Shown here: piece by piece, positions 35,345-44,746 of the stretch | How the letters are laid out: each line of letters begins with the position of its first letter | How positions within the stretch are numbered: the stretch's first letter is position 1 | Source of the DNA: a virus | Taxonomy: Duplodnaviria > Caudoviricetes | IMG/VR virus record: IMGVR_UViG_3300023171_000016 | Span: 1-53,970 of that record | Length of the DNA: 53,970 nt | Strand: one strand, 5' to 3' | Made by a program: the position numbers and the translations under genes | The notes under the pieces: model-generated | What the model was told of the DNA's origin: nothing | The model's database searches: none | What the model saw: only the letters and a program-made list of their open reading frames with translations

Positions 35345-35818
35345 ATGGCAGACAAATTGAACAAGAAAATCAGCATGCCGGTTGCCCCGCAGCCTTCGAC
35401 ACCAAAACCAACACCCGAACAACAGAAAGAAGCACGATTTCAGGCGTTCAGCCAGCAGTGGCTAAGTGAAAATATCTATGTGCCGCCGTATGTGCCGGAA
35501 CAATTCGCACACTGGTTCTGGCTTACGTTCAGCAATTTCAGCGCATCCGGCCTGAGAATAGCGCATAACCTGTATAACGACATACTCCGCGCCGAACAGT
35601 ACACCTACAACCAGTACAACATAGTATTACAGTTGTTCTCTATGGTCAACGGCGCACAGCTACAGTGCAGCCGTGGTGAATACCTCGAATTTCAGGACGC
35701 TTGCCGTCTGATGGAATCGGACTTCACCGAGGCGCAGCTAAAGGCAGTAGAAATAATGAGAAAGGAATTTGACGATATAGAATCGGTTATGGCAACCAAT
35801 GAAGTAGGGCAGGCGTAG
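35345..35818 (+). CDS. hypothetical protein on the opposite strand with its own promoter
   Basis: TATATTTG 35318-35325; 157 aa. Confidence 0.7.
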   Translation: MADKLNKKISMPVAPQPSTPKPTPEQQKEARFQAFSQQWLSENIYVPPYVPEQFAHWFWLTFSNFSASGLRIAHNLYNDILRAEQYTYNQYNIVLQLFSMVNGAQLQCSRGEYLEFQDACRLMESDFTEAQLKAVEIMRKEFDDIESVMATNEVGQA

Positions 35819-36371
35819 CATTCGTTTTTTTAAGTAATGGCAGGGCTTTATGGCATTCAGTATTACCACCGTGTACTGTTGCGATAAAGCCCTCTTTATA
35901 TCCGTGGCAATGCAGGCGGCCATTGTTGCTTATAAACGCCGTGTCTTCACCGTGGGACGTGTCAGGGAATGGCTTACGCTCCCATGTTTTGCGCCAGTAG
36001 CACAGTGTGGCCCCGCATAGGTATAGTTGGCCCTTGGGTGTTAGTTCGTGCATCTGCCTGCGCTGTGTATCGTAGAAGTAGGCGTTTGATAGACCTACTA
36101 TGTCGGCCCCACTGCTTTGCAGGGCTTCTACGCTGCGGGTTATCCAGTCGGGGGCGTATATGTCGTCGCTGTCAAAATGCAGTATTATTTCGCCAGAAGC
36201 ATGTCTGCATAGGTTATTCCTTTTGAAACCTATGCAGTTGTTGCTAAAATCGCATAGATGCTCAATTTTGCCCTTATAGTCTTGTTCTGAAATTATGCAA
36301 TCAGCACGGAATGCCATTTCTTTCCTGTCGTATGTGTTTGGCGTAATGACCGTAACATTAGGCATATTCAT
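35787..36371 (-). CDS. glycosyltransferase family 2 (GT-A)
   Basis: VTVITPNTYDR, IGFKRN, HFDSDD, GED. Confidence 0.85.
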   Translation of the reverse strand: MNMPNVTVITPNTYDRKEMAFRADCIISEQDYKGKIEHLCDFSNNCIGFKRNNLCRHASGEIILHFDSDDIYAPDWITRSVEALQSSGADIVGLSNAYFYDTQRRQMHELTPKGQLYLCGATLCYWRKTWERKPFPDTSHGEDTAFISNNGRLHCHGYKEGFIATVHGGNTECHKALPLLKKTNATPALLHWLP

Positions 36372-36680
36372 AAAACTACCTGTATAAAAGTGTTAAGCAA
36401 ATTTGAGTGATAGCCCCAGTTCATGCCCATAACATGGAGTTTTATAATCTTACCGTTAGTTATTATTTCGGCATGCGGCCACATCTTGAATATCATTGGT
36501 TTTGTCATTGCTTGATTTTTTGAATGATAACATCCACTACATCTTTAGGCAACGATGCCCCTTGCTGCAATGCCTCATTTAATACCTGCATACCAAATAC
36601 CTGCATTGCGTGTACTATCAGTTTCTTTTCAGATGCGGTACATTGCATGGTGCATACTAAAACATGTGCTGCTGTGTCCA

Positions 36681-36902
36681 TTATCTCAACCTTTTAAACT
36701 GATAAACACCTTTAACATATGTATTATAGAAACTGCCGTAGCTGGCTGCATTCTTAAACCTCAACCACATGGACATAGGAAAATCACGGTATTCGTACTT
36801 GCCATAGTTTATCATATCCACGGTTAATATCCGCGCCGATTCGTTATAGCTGATTTCGGTGAATAGCGAGCTGCTACGGGTTTCTATTGAGTGTTTAGCC
36901 AT
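36681..36902 (-). CDS. KTSC domain protein
   Basis: SS....ISYN....ILTV.....YEY..FP......F..A.SYGSFYN..VKG.Y. Confidence 0.85.
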   Translation of the reverse strand: MAKHSIETRSSSLFTEISYNESARILTVDMINYGKYEYRDFPMSMWLRFKNAASYGSFYNTYVKGVYQFKRLR

Positions 36903-37605
36903 GAAATACGTATTTATGCTTTTTCAGCAGGTAAGAAATATTATCAAATGTCTGCCCTTTTATCGGACGTTGGTATAGGTGAATTTCAGGGGCTTTCAAG
37001 TCGAGTAGTTCTAGTAGGTAGATAATGGAGGTGTTGACGGTGTGGATTTCTTTGCATTTCTCAATCATATGCGCCCAATCGAAAATAGAAAATGATTTCA
37101 ATGGGTGCATTAGGATGGTGTAGTTGTCTCTAACTATCGGTATAGAAATGGTTAGTTTGCTTTCACTACCAAAAATATTATTAACCAGAATACATTCATT
37201 GGGTGTATAAGGGTAATTATACTGCAATTCTTTTTCCTGTTTCTCATCCCTCACCCACATCGCCCTTTCCCGCCAATCCTCAAAATCCATACCATACAGC
37301 ATATACTTAGCCTTCATGCAGTCATTGTACGGCACTTTCAGTATAGCATCTGCCCACCTCAAAGGCAACGCGGTACACCGGCCTAATGTCGGATGCTCAA
37401 ATTCGTATTGATCACGCCGGTCAAAGTCTATTTGCATTGTGCGGTGGTCTACGAACTTAATATGCGGGTATGCACGCTGCAAGCCTTCTACGAAATGAGC
37501 CAGCACAGGCCACACTATTGGCCTGCCGTCTGCTATGCGGTGTACTAATGTTTGAGTGAAAATTATATCGCCGAGTCCGAAAAATTGGTTGGGGATAATG
37601 GTCAT
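36895..37605 (-). CDS. putative glycosyltransferase (GT-B-like)
   Basis: N-terminal GLGDII; C-terminal FDW...IE.C.EIH.VNTS. Confidence 0.6.
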   Translation of the reverse strand: MTIIPNQFFGLGDIIFTQTLVHRIADGRPIVWPVLAHFVEGLQRAYPHIKFVDHRTMQIDFDRRDQYEFEHPTLGRCTALPLRWADAILKVPYNDCMKAKYMLYGMDFEDWRERAMWVRDEKQEKELQYNYPYTPNECILVNNIFGSESKLTISIPIVRDNYTILMHPLKSFSIFDWAHMIEKCKEIHTVNTSIIYLLELLDLKAPEIHLYQRPIKGQTFDNISYLLKKHKYVFHG

Positions 37606-37775
37606 AGAAGATAGTTTTTAAGATTTGGGAATAAGCCGCATATGGTATCTAAGTCGATATACGATAAATCTTTTTTCTCCGAAATAGTCATCAACAAATC
37701 TATGGTCTCTACTTGCTCTTTTTCGAGATTATAGCAATCGTACCTTTCAAATACTTCTTCAAATGACTTTTCCAT
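37602..37775 (-). CDS. small hypothetical protein behind a structured leader
   Basis: ATG follows a hairpin/U-tract; promoter 37871-37878. Confidence 0.55.
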   Translation of the reverse strand: MEKSFEEVFERYDCYNLEKEQVETIDLLMTISEKKDLSYIDLDTICGLFPNLKNYLL

Positions 37776-37879
37776 AAACAAAAAAAGCCACCAAAACGCA
37801 TCAACCCCGGTAGGTATCAGCATATAAGGTGGCAATAAGTTTGAACAATCGTAGTTTTCCGGCTACATGGTAAAAGTAC

Positions 37880-39115
37880 TTATTTTTTTCGGTATTGCAA
37901 ATCTTTCGGCAACATTGACATATCTACATGCGGCCCGTGGAAACCGAACGAACCGGAATACCTGTTATCAGGTGAAGGCACACCGTACGCCTCAATGCTA
38001 AACCGGTCGGCGACCTCTGCCGGTGCGAACTTGATACCCAACTGCTCCAATGCTGGCCGGTATGTCCGGCATATGTGGTAGTCTTCGGGGTGAAGATAAT
38101 CCAAATGGTGTTCAGCCAGCAAGTCACACAGCTTTTTACTGCGCAGCGAAAATCCGCCGTTACCTACGTTGCGCCCGTCTTTATACCACCATGTTGCGCC
38201 TATGTAGTCGTATTGCAACCATTCAGGGTTCCACGCCTCACAGTTAAGTACATACCCGTCAGCGTGAATAGTCAGCACATGCGATGTGCTGAAATGCTTG
38301 TAAAGTTCTTTGAGCATGAAGCGGCTGTAGTCCTCTCGCCGTTGCTCATTAGTGCCTTTCCTGAACAGGTCTTTAGTAATTATGTTGACGGCCCCAAATT
38401 GTATATCACGCTGGCTTATTTCCGCGGCACGGTTGATGCCTGCAACATCATGCCCATCAATACCGAACAGGGTGACGTTAGGCAGAGAAAGGCGTTTAAA
38501 GTCGTGCGCTACGTCTGCGCCTATATGCCCCATGCTTGACTTTAGACCGATGTGCTGAACACATGAAGGTATTGTAATTGCTACGCTTCCTGCGCTTTCA
38601 CTTGCCATGTAATCCCAGTTGCCAGACTTTGCCTGTAGTGCTGGCTTTATGTGCTTTTCGTATTGCTCACGGTTGAAACACATATTTATGCCGTTGGCGT
38701 GGGCTTTTACTGCGCAGCTATCCAGCAACTTAATTATTTTCTCTTTAGGGTTGTTGAAACCCGAAACAATCATTTTTTGCCGGTCGTGCAATCTAACCAA
38801 CCTTTCAATAAAATCCGGCTTTACTAACGTGTCGCTGTCGAGGGTTATGATAAGGTCGGCGCCTGCCGTAATCGCATCTTCAATGCCTATCATTAGCGCA
38901 TGTTTAACGCCGTGGTTCGTGCCCAACATGCGCCATATGTAGCCTTGTTCTTTAACTAATGAGCGCCAAGGATGTTCAGGCATTATTTCTGTGCTGCCAT
39001 CGTCAACAATTACAACCATATCCGGCTTCACAGTCAACGCAGTCAGCGATTCAAAACACTGCTTCACGTATTCCGGCCTGTTGTACACCGGTATTACTAG
39101 AGCTACTTTATTCAT
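37880..39115 (-). CDS. two-domain glycosyltransferase (GT2 plus DUF5672-like)
   Basis: VIPVYNR, VVIVDDGS, LDSD; second domain H.DG, YDYIGA.W, VGNGGFSLRS, PED, FGFH. Confidence 0.85.
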   Translation of the reverse strand: MNKVALVIPVYNRPEYVKQCFESLTALTVKPDMVVIVDDGSTEIMPEHPWRSLVKEQGYIWRMLGTNHGVKHALMIGIEDAITAGADLIITLDSDTLVKPDFIERLVRLHDRQKMIVSGFNNPKEKIIKLLDSCAVKAHANGINMCFNREQYEKHIKPALQAKSGNWDYMASESAGSVAITIPSCVQHIGLKSSMGHIGADVAHDFKRLSLPNVTLFGIDGHDVAGINRAAEISQRDIQFGAVNIITKDLFRKGTNEQRREDYSRFMLKELYKHFSTSHVLTIHADGYVLNCEAWNPEWLQYDYIGATWWYKDGRNVGNGGFSLRSKKLCDLLAEHHLDYLHPEDYHICRTYRPALEQLGIKFAPAEVADRFSIEAYGVPSPDNRYSGSFGFHGPHVDMSMLPKDLQYRKK

Positions 39116-39118
39116 TCC

Positions 39119-39625
39119 CTACGCTTTTTGAGCCATTACACAAAAACTGTTATTCAAATCCACACCCGATACAAAAATGTTTTCCCATCCTCTTGCTGTC
39201 AGATAATCCCGGATCAGTACAGGCGTGAACACATGCACATGCTTACGGTTGTTCCACGGCAGCCAGTATGTCTGCGTAGGGTGCGGCAGGTACAGGAACA
39301 ACACACCCGCACGCTTTATGCGCGTCTGCCAGTAATCCAACGCATCGACCCAGTTCGATAAGTGTTCTGCGCAATGCGAGCTGAATATGTAATCAAAATG
39401 TCCCGGCGGCAGGTTCATTGCATCATATTCGCCTAATGCGGGGTCAACCTGTAACGCTGGCACGCCATCAATGTCAGTAAAGGCCCATTCCGGACGGTTA
39501 CAGCCCACATCGCAGCCATAACCACGGCATACTTCACGGGCGAACGGAAACGCGAATTTAGCGGCAAATCCTGCAGCCTGAAATGCGGGGTATCTTGTGG
39601 TTTCGTGTAGTATGGTTTTTATCAT
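39119..39625 (-). CDS. class I SAM-dependent methyltransferase
   Basis: DVGC...FDYIFSSHCAEH...GVLFLYLP. Confidence 0.85.
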   Translation of the reverse strand: MIKTILHETTRYPAFQAAGFAAKFAFPFAREVCRGYGCDVGCNRPEWAFTDIDGVPALQVDPALGEYDAMNLPPGHFDYIFSSHCAEHLSNWVDALDYWQTRIKRAGVLFLYLPHPTQTYWLPWNNRKHVHVFTPVLIRDYLTARGWENIFVSGVDLNNSFCVMAQKA

Positions 39626-39933
39626 GCCTTATTCGCGTTTTTAATGGCTTCGTTCCTTTTGTCAAGCCATTCGTTATAATTCAGTATTCGGTAATAGTAT
39701 TCAAAGTAAGTGCAGTTAGCTAAATAATCAGCCTGTTGCTGGTCACCTTCTGCGCGCGCTAAACAAGACTGCACCACGCCATGGTAACACTGCTCCATTA
39801 GCTTCACGGGGTCTTGGGTAACATCAGCATATTTATTGCTTCCTCCCTGCTCGTCAAATATTCCCTTACCTGCAAACCACGACAAATTGTCGCATAGTCG
39901 GGCGTAAGTGCTACGCCCTGAATCAAAAAAAAA
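39622..39933 (-). CDS. -1 frameshift extension (GT) of the tail assembly chaperone
   Basis: The frame is open from the T9 slippery run (39925-39933) to the stop at 39622; TGA lies just upstream in this frame. Confidence 0.65.
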   Translation of the reverse strand, partial: FFFDSGRSTYARLCDNLSWFAGKGIFDEQGGSNKYADVTQDPVKLMEQCYHGVVQSCLARAEGDQQQADYLANCTYFEYYYRILNYNEWLDKRNEAIKNANKA

Positions 39934-40328
39934 TCACGTAGCGCGGGGTCTGCCTTTGCCATATCCAGCTTCTTACGGGTATATGCTTCATGCACTTCAT
40001 CAGGGTTTTCGCCCTCTATGAATACGCCTATGGCAGCCATACGCAAAATGCACTGTTCATCTAAGGTGTTGTTGATCCGATATTGCAGGTTATGAGCAAT
40101 AGCCGACATGTCGCTTATGAACGTAGTTATAGGCACCTGCTTATTTACGCGGTCTAAAATTTCCTTTACAAAGGATTGCAGCACTTCCGGCGACACGCCG
40201 CAACGGCTGAATGTGTCTTGTGCTTGCATCGCCAGTTCGCGGGACTTGTGGTATTGCGTATCTTCTGCCGGTGCATAAAAACCGGGATATACCTCACGAT
40301 AAAGTGGGTTGTTTTTGTACTGTGCCAT
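39804..40328 (-). CDS. putative tail assembly chaperone (G)
   Basis: 174 aa with GAT TTT TTT TTG (DFFL) slippery site near the C-terminus. Confidence 0.65.
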   Translation of the reverse strand: MAQYKNNPLYREVYPGFYAPAEDTQYHKSRELAMQAQDTFSRCGVSPEVLQSFVKEILDRVNKQVPITTFISDMSAIAHNLQYRINNTLDEQCILRMAAIGVFIEGENPDEVHEAYTRKKLDMAKADPALRDFFLIQGVALTPDYATICRGLQVREYLTSREEAINMLMLPKTP

Positions 40329-40340
40329 GTGTCAAATGTA

Positions 40341-41678
40341 CTACTTTTTCAATAACTTCAAATATGTATCGCGTATGTATTGCAAAAAGTACGTTTGCAG
40401 CAAGTAGCGCATGCCATCAAAGTAATCCATCTTGTAGTTATCCCTGTCCTTTAGCAACTGCGAACCCTTAACACTTTTCTGGTCTACAGTCGCCTTTCGC
40501 ATATCAGCTATCAGCGTCACACAGCACGGGTCAACATACACGGGGTAATGCTCAAAAACGGCATTACACAGCAACCGGCTATCTGCATGTTCCAAATTGG
40601 CGGTGTTAAGGTTCATTTGCCTATCAGATAGCCCCAACAATGCCTGAATCATTTGGTAAATAGTCTGGTTGCGGCCCACGTCCTGATTTTGCCCCGAACG
40701 GTCTCCGGTAACGTACAGTATACTATTTGGAAATGCGGTTAGTATGTGATTGCAAATGTCATCTACTTTGATATGCCCACCAAATTCACGTATTGCGTGC
40801 AGGAAATTACCGCCGCCGCCCCGCTGTCGTGACATCTGCCAAGCAGTGCAGCTCAAGGGGTCGGCGTTAATATCGAATGTTAGGTAAACGGGTTCCGATT
40901 GTAGGAATGGGAGTTTTCGAATGTGTGAACGCTTATCGTATTCATCCCTGAACGCATACAGCCAAGGGTATTCATTTAGGTTAATATCCCAATTTCCTTT
41001 AACGTATATCTCATACTGCACCGTAGGCAGATTTGCAAGAGAAGCCATGTAATCGGCATCAGCAGTAATGAATGGGTTATCGGTAATAAGAGCAGGTATG
41101 TACATGAAGTCATCCGGCAATGTGCCTGCCTTCCATCGGTCGTACAATAGCGTTTTAACCCATGACCACGAAGGGTTACAGGTCATCAACACCAGAGGCT
41201 TAGGCTTCACGCATCCAATAGGCGGTATATGAGAACCGGCACGTTCTATTGCCTTCCAAAAAGACACTTCCTGTAGTTCGTTAGCCTCTTCCAACAGGAA
41301 ACCGTTTACTTCAAGACCCTTCCATCTGTTCAACTCCTTATCGTCATCGAAATTTTCAGAAAAGAAAATAATCTGTGACCCATTTCGGAATGTAACAGTT
41401 TGCGTGTCCTGATTGTATTTTGTAATAAAGTTGGTGGGTACTATTTTGTTGAATGACGGTATAGTATTGCGCTTCAACGTTTGCAGGCTATCCCTGACTA
41501 TTGCCCATCGTGTATTAGGGTAAACCTTAGCCAGCAAAATAAGCGTACCTAGTCCGCAAAATGTCTTACCTGAGCGTATGCCGCCACCGTAAAGTATGTA
41601 TTTGTGCTGTTTATCAAATGCGGCCTCAATAAACTTTTGCTGCTTCGGGAAAGCATCGAATAGGATTTGATTAGCCAC
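40341..41678 (-). CDS. terL: terminase large subunit
   Basis: YGGGIRSGKT Walker A, LLEEANE Walker B, TCNP, DNP; nuclease FD...GD...D. Confidence 0.93.
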   Translation of the reverse strand: MANQILFDAFPKQQKFIEAAFDKQHKYILYGGGIRSGKTFCGLGTLILLAKVYPNTRWAIVRDSLQTLKRNTIPSFNKIVPTNFITKYNQDTQTVTFRNGSQIIFFSENFDDDKELNRWKGLEVNGFLLEEANELQEVSFWKAIERAGSHIPPIGCVKPKPLVLMTCNPSWSWVKTLLYDRWKAGTLPDDFMYIPALITDNPFITADADYMASLANLPTVQYEIYVKGNWDINLNEYPWLYAFRDEYDKRSHIRKLPFLQSEPVYLTFDINADPLSCTAWQMSRQRGGGGNFLHAIREFGGHIKVDDICNHILTAFPNSILYVTGDRSGQNQDVGRNQTIYQMIQALLGLSDRQMNLNTANLEHADSRLLCNAVFEHYPVYVDPCCVTLIADMRKATVDQKSVKGSQLLKDRDNYKMDYFDGMRYLLQTYFLQYIRDTYLKLLKK

Positions 41679-41679
41679 A

Positions 41680-42171
41680 TTACCCTATTTTTATTTCTTG
41701 GTCGCCTATTTTGAAAACTTGGTCGGTAGTGACATTGGCGTTAATTTCCTTCTTATCGGTGAACATGGCTACATGCTTACCCATCAGCTCTAACGCCCTG
41801 TTTGCTCCATTGCTGTCAAATTCCCACACCCCCTGACCTTCTTCATCGGTCTTTTGCTCCATGCATTTATCAATCGGATTGAACACCATTACAGGTGTAG
41901 CCTGCATGCACCTATCTGCTACCTCTTTTAATTTTTCAACGACGAAAGTTGCATCTACCAAAGTATTTGCACTTCTTTCTTTCATTTTTTGTTGTATATA
42001 CGCGCGAATATCAACATGCTTCAACAAACGTTGACCCTGAGAGTATGCAGTATCTTTGCTGTAACCGGCCCTTTGTGCTGCCTGTGTTGCATTAAGGTCT
42101 ATTAGATATTCCTCGCAGAAAGTCTTCTGTTTTTCATTAAGGTTTGCTATATCTATCAGTTCTTCTGCCAT
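41680..42171 (-). CDS. terS: terminase small subunit
   Basis: LNEKQKTFCEEYLIDLNATQAAQRAGYS...ALELMGKH. Confidence 0.93.
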   Translation of the reverse strand: MAEELIDIANLNEKQKTFCEEYLIDLNATQAAQRAGYSKDTAYSQGQRLLKHVDIRAYIQQKMKERSANTLVDATFVVEKLKEVADRCMQATPVMVFNPIDKCMEQKTDEEGQGVWEFDSNGANRALELMGKHVAMFTDKKEINANVTTDQVFKIGDQEIKIG

Positions 42172-42213
42172 ATCCCCAAAAGTAAACAAAAAACTGATAC
42201 GGGCAAAAAATAC

Positions 42214-42432
42214 CTACTTGGCGGCATAATCCCTGCCTTTATCGGTTAAAGTTACAATACCCTCCCTGTCTACCTGTGCGTACCCGTGGCGGATGAGGGC
42301 GTTCATAATTTCTGTGTGGATAACGTCCTCGCCGTCTACCCATATGTACCATTTCGAGAAACGTTCCGCCTTTCGCGTCCTCAACTGCTCAATAAGCGCC
42401 TTTTGGTTTGGTGTTGGTTTGTGGGGGATCAT
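42214..42432 (-). CDS. small winged-helix-like protein
   Basis: ALIRHGY....VTLTDKG motif. Confidence 0.55.
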   Translation of the reverse strand: MIPHKPTPNQKALIEQLRTRKAERFSKWYIWVDGEDVIHTEIMNALIRHGYAQVDREGIVTLTDKGRDYAAK

Positions 42433-42818
42433 GATATATTTATTTTATTGTTCCAAGTGTAGTTGTTTCTCTTGCTTACTTTTTTAGCGCAATATCGGTA
42501 AATTCTGTGCCTAAGACCTGTTCCGTTGAAATAGCTATTTGATACGCTATTCCATCTTTCAAGTGATTCATGTTCCATGTTGTAGTATTTCTTAGTAAAG
42601 TAGTATGTATAAAAGAAATTTATCTGAAAGAAAGTAGCAAGCCATTTAAACATTTGGGATATGAAATCGTATATCAGGAATGAAATTCCGAATACCACTA
42701 AAATAAAAAAAAGTATAATTTTACCCTTCAACTTAAATTGATCATCCCTTAGGTAGTAACCCGCCACAACTAGGTTAATTGATATGTAAATTGCTAATAC
42801 TGCATTAATGTGTATCAT
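42429..42818 (-). CDS. AT-rich membrane protein
   Basis: Two TM segments, low GC; start revised. Confidence 0.6.
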   Translation of the reverse strand: MIHINAVLAIYISINLVVAGYYLRDDQFKLKGKIILFFILVVFGISFLIYDFISQMFKWLATFFQINFFYTYYFTKKYYNMEHESLERWNSVSNSYFNGTGLRHRIYRYCAKKVSKRNNYTWNNKINIS

Positions 42819-43321
42819 TTTCCATTTTTTATGCCATTCCCGGCGGGTGAAATAATATCGTGATGCTCCTGCACTGCCATACCCAAAACAACGCACTCAA
42901 TGCAGTATCTCCATTGCGGGAATGTGCGCGGTACGTAGGTAGGCACGCCGGCTATTGCGTGCCGTTCGTGTATGTCCCGCTGTTTCGGCCCTACCGTACC
43001 AGACGGCAATTTCAGTTCTATACCAACTGCGGGGCGATTTAAGCGGGGTTCTCCTATGTAGATGTAATCTTGTACCCCTGATACTAAACCCTGCGCTACA
43101 AGTGCCATTACGCGCTGCCTGTGCTGGTCTACAGTTTCGCCCTTAGCCCGTGTTATTTCGTTCGGTACATGGAATAGCAAGCCATGCAGGTCAGCTAGGT
43201 AGGTGTTGTGCGCCCATTGGTAGTAATCTGCGCCTTGTCTGGCTTCTGTGGCGTAGCCATTCACGCCTGTGTCGGGGTTGGTGGTTGATTCTATTTCTAG
43301 TATTTGGTTTGGTGTTTTCAT
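42815..43321 (-). CDS. VRR-NUC domain nuclease
   Basis: FHVPNE...G..SGVQD...IELK...G....KQ. Confidence 0.8.
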   Translation of the reverse strand: MKTPNQILEIESTTNPDTGVNGYATEARQGADYYQWAHNTYLADLHGLLFHVPNEITRAKGETVDQHRQRVMALVAQGLVSGVQDYIYIGEPRLNRPAVGIELKLPSGTVGPKQRDIHERHAIAGVPTYVPRTFPQWRYCIECVVLGMAVQEHHDIISPAGNGIKNGK

Positions 43322-43336
43322 ATTTGCGTATTTGTG

Positions 43337-44746
43337 TTAAAATGGTGCGTCATCTTCTGGTGGTAGTGGGTTGCGTAAGTGCTGAAATCCAGCGCGCGGG
43401 TTATCAGGTGGGCGTGTGGTTGGTGTTGGCGTTTCCCATAGCATAAGGTCGCCGGAAAACTTCAACTCTACATCGCCACATTGCCCGTCCCTGTTTTTCA
43501 CAATACACACTATGTGCTTTGTTTCTTCCTCTGATATTTGGTTGGGCCATATCATCATGACTATGTTTGCATCTTGCTCTACTGCGCCGGATTCTCTAAG
43601 GTTTGACAAAGTAGGGCGTTTAGTAGTTGTTTTTTCAACCTCCCTGTTAAGCTGAGCCAATGCTACTATAGAAATTTCCAGCTCCGAGGCTAACAGTTTA
43701 AGTGTGCGGGTAATGGTTGCAATTTCCTGTTCCCTGTTGCCGTTCTTGTCCCTGTTTGCCCGTATCAATTGCAGGTAGTCAATGTAGACAATCTTTATTT
43801 TGTTCTTTTTTACTTTCCGGCGTATGGCTGCAACTATCCTATCAAGGCTTTGCGTTTTGTCGTCTATCTCAATTGGCAGGCTATAGAAAAACGAAGCGTA
43901 TTCTATAAGTTTCTGACTTTGGTAGTCTGTAAGATCAGCCTTTTTTACTGCCGAAAAGAAAACCCCCGTTTTCATTGCCGCAAACCTTTTCACCAATTCC
44001 TTTTTACCGGCCTCTAATGAGAATATCAGAGTAGGCACCATGCCTTTAAGTGCAAAGTTAAGTGCAAGGGCCGTTTTACCTACAGATGGGCGTGCTGCCA
44101 GTACTATGAGGTTTCCCGGCTGCCAGCCGTCCGTCATGCTGTTTATTTCTTCATAACCGGTATCTATGCCGGTAAGTCCCTGCGGCCTGTCTTTCATTTC
44201 TTCTATGTCCATCAGCATTTCGGTATAAGTTTCGCCAATAGCCACAAATTCGCTTATAGAGTTGCCCTCTGTTATTGCCTGTATCTGCTTTTCAGTATCG
44301 GCTATAAGGTCAAAAACGTCTTGATTGTCATCGTATGCGTCTGCTATTGCTTTGCCGCAAATCCTGATAATCTCCCTGCTGTTGAATTTTTCTATTATTA
44401 TCAGCGAGTGCGTCTGTACGTGAGCGGATGAATTTACAGACTGAGTGAGCAATGTTAGGGCGTACCGGCCCCCGACTATTTCAAGTTCTGCTGTTTTGTT
44501 GAGTTGTTCAGCCACGGTAAGCAAATCAATTGGCCGGTGCTGGTTGAATAACTGCACCATTGCTGCATATATCTTTTGGTGCGCGTCTACATAGAACATT
44601 TCAGGCTTTAGCAGCTCATGTACTGTTTCAAATGCTTCACGCTCTAACAGGCACGCACCTATTACCGCTTGCTCCAATTCTGTAGCTTGTGGTGGCACTT
44701 TGCCATATATGAGCGTGTTTAGTTGGGTTTTATTGAGGGGTGCCAT
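43337..44746 (-). CDS. dnaB: replicative DNA helicase
   Basis: PPQATELEQAVIG; AARPSVGKT; IDYLQL; LAQLNR; LRESGAVEQDA; KNRDG. Confidence 0.95.
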   Translation of the reverse strand: MAPLNKTQLNTLIYGKVPPQATELEQAVIGACLLEREAFETVHELLKPEMFYVDAHQKIYAAMVQLFNQHRPIDLLTVAEQLNKTAELEIVGGRYALTLLTQSVNSSAHVQTHSLIIIEKFNSREIIRICGKAIADAYDDNQDVFDLIADTEKQIQAITEGNSISEFVAIGETYTEMLMDIEEMKDRPQGLTGIDTGYEEINSMTDGWQPGNLIVLAARPSVGKTALALNFALKGMVPTLIFSLEAGKKELVKRFAAMKTGVFFSAVKKADLTDYQSQKLIEYASFFYSLPIEIDDKTQSLDRIVAAIRRKVKKNKIKIVYIDYLQLIRANRDKNGNREQEIATITRTLKLLASELEISIVALAQLNREVEKTTTKRPTLSNLRESGAVEQDANIVMMIWPNQISEEETKHIVCIVKNRDGQCGDVELKFSGDLMLWETPTPTTRPPDNPRAGFQHLRNPLPPEDDAPF

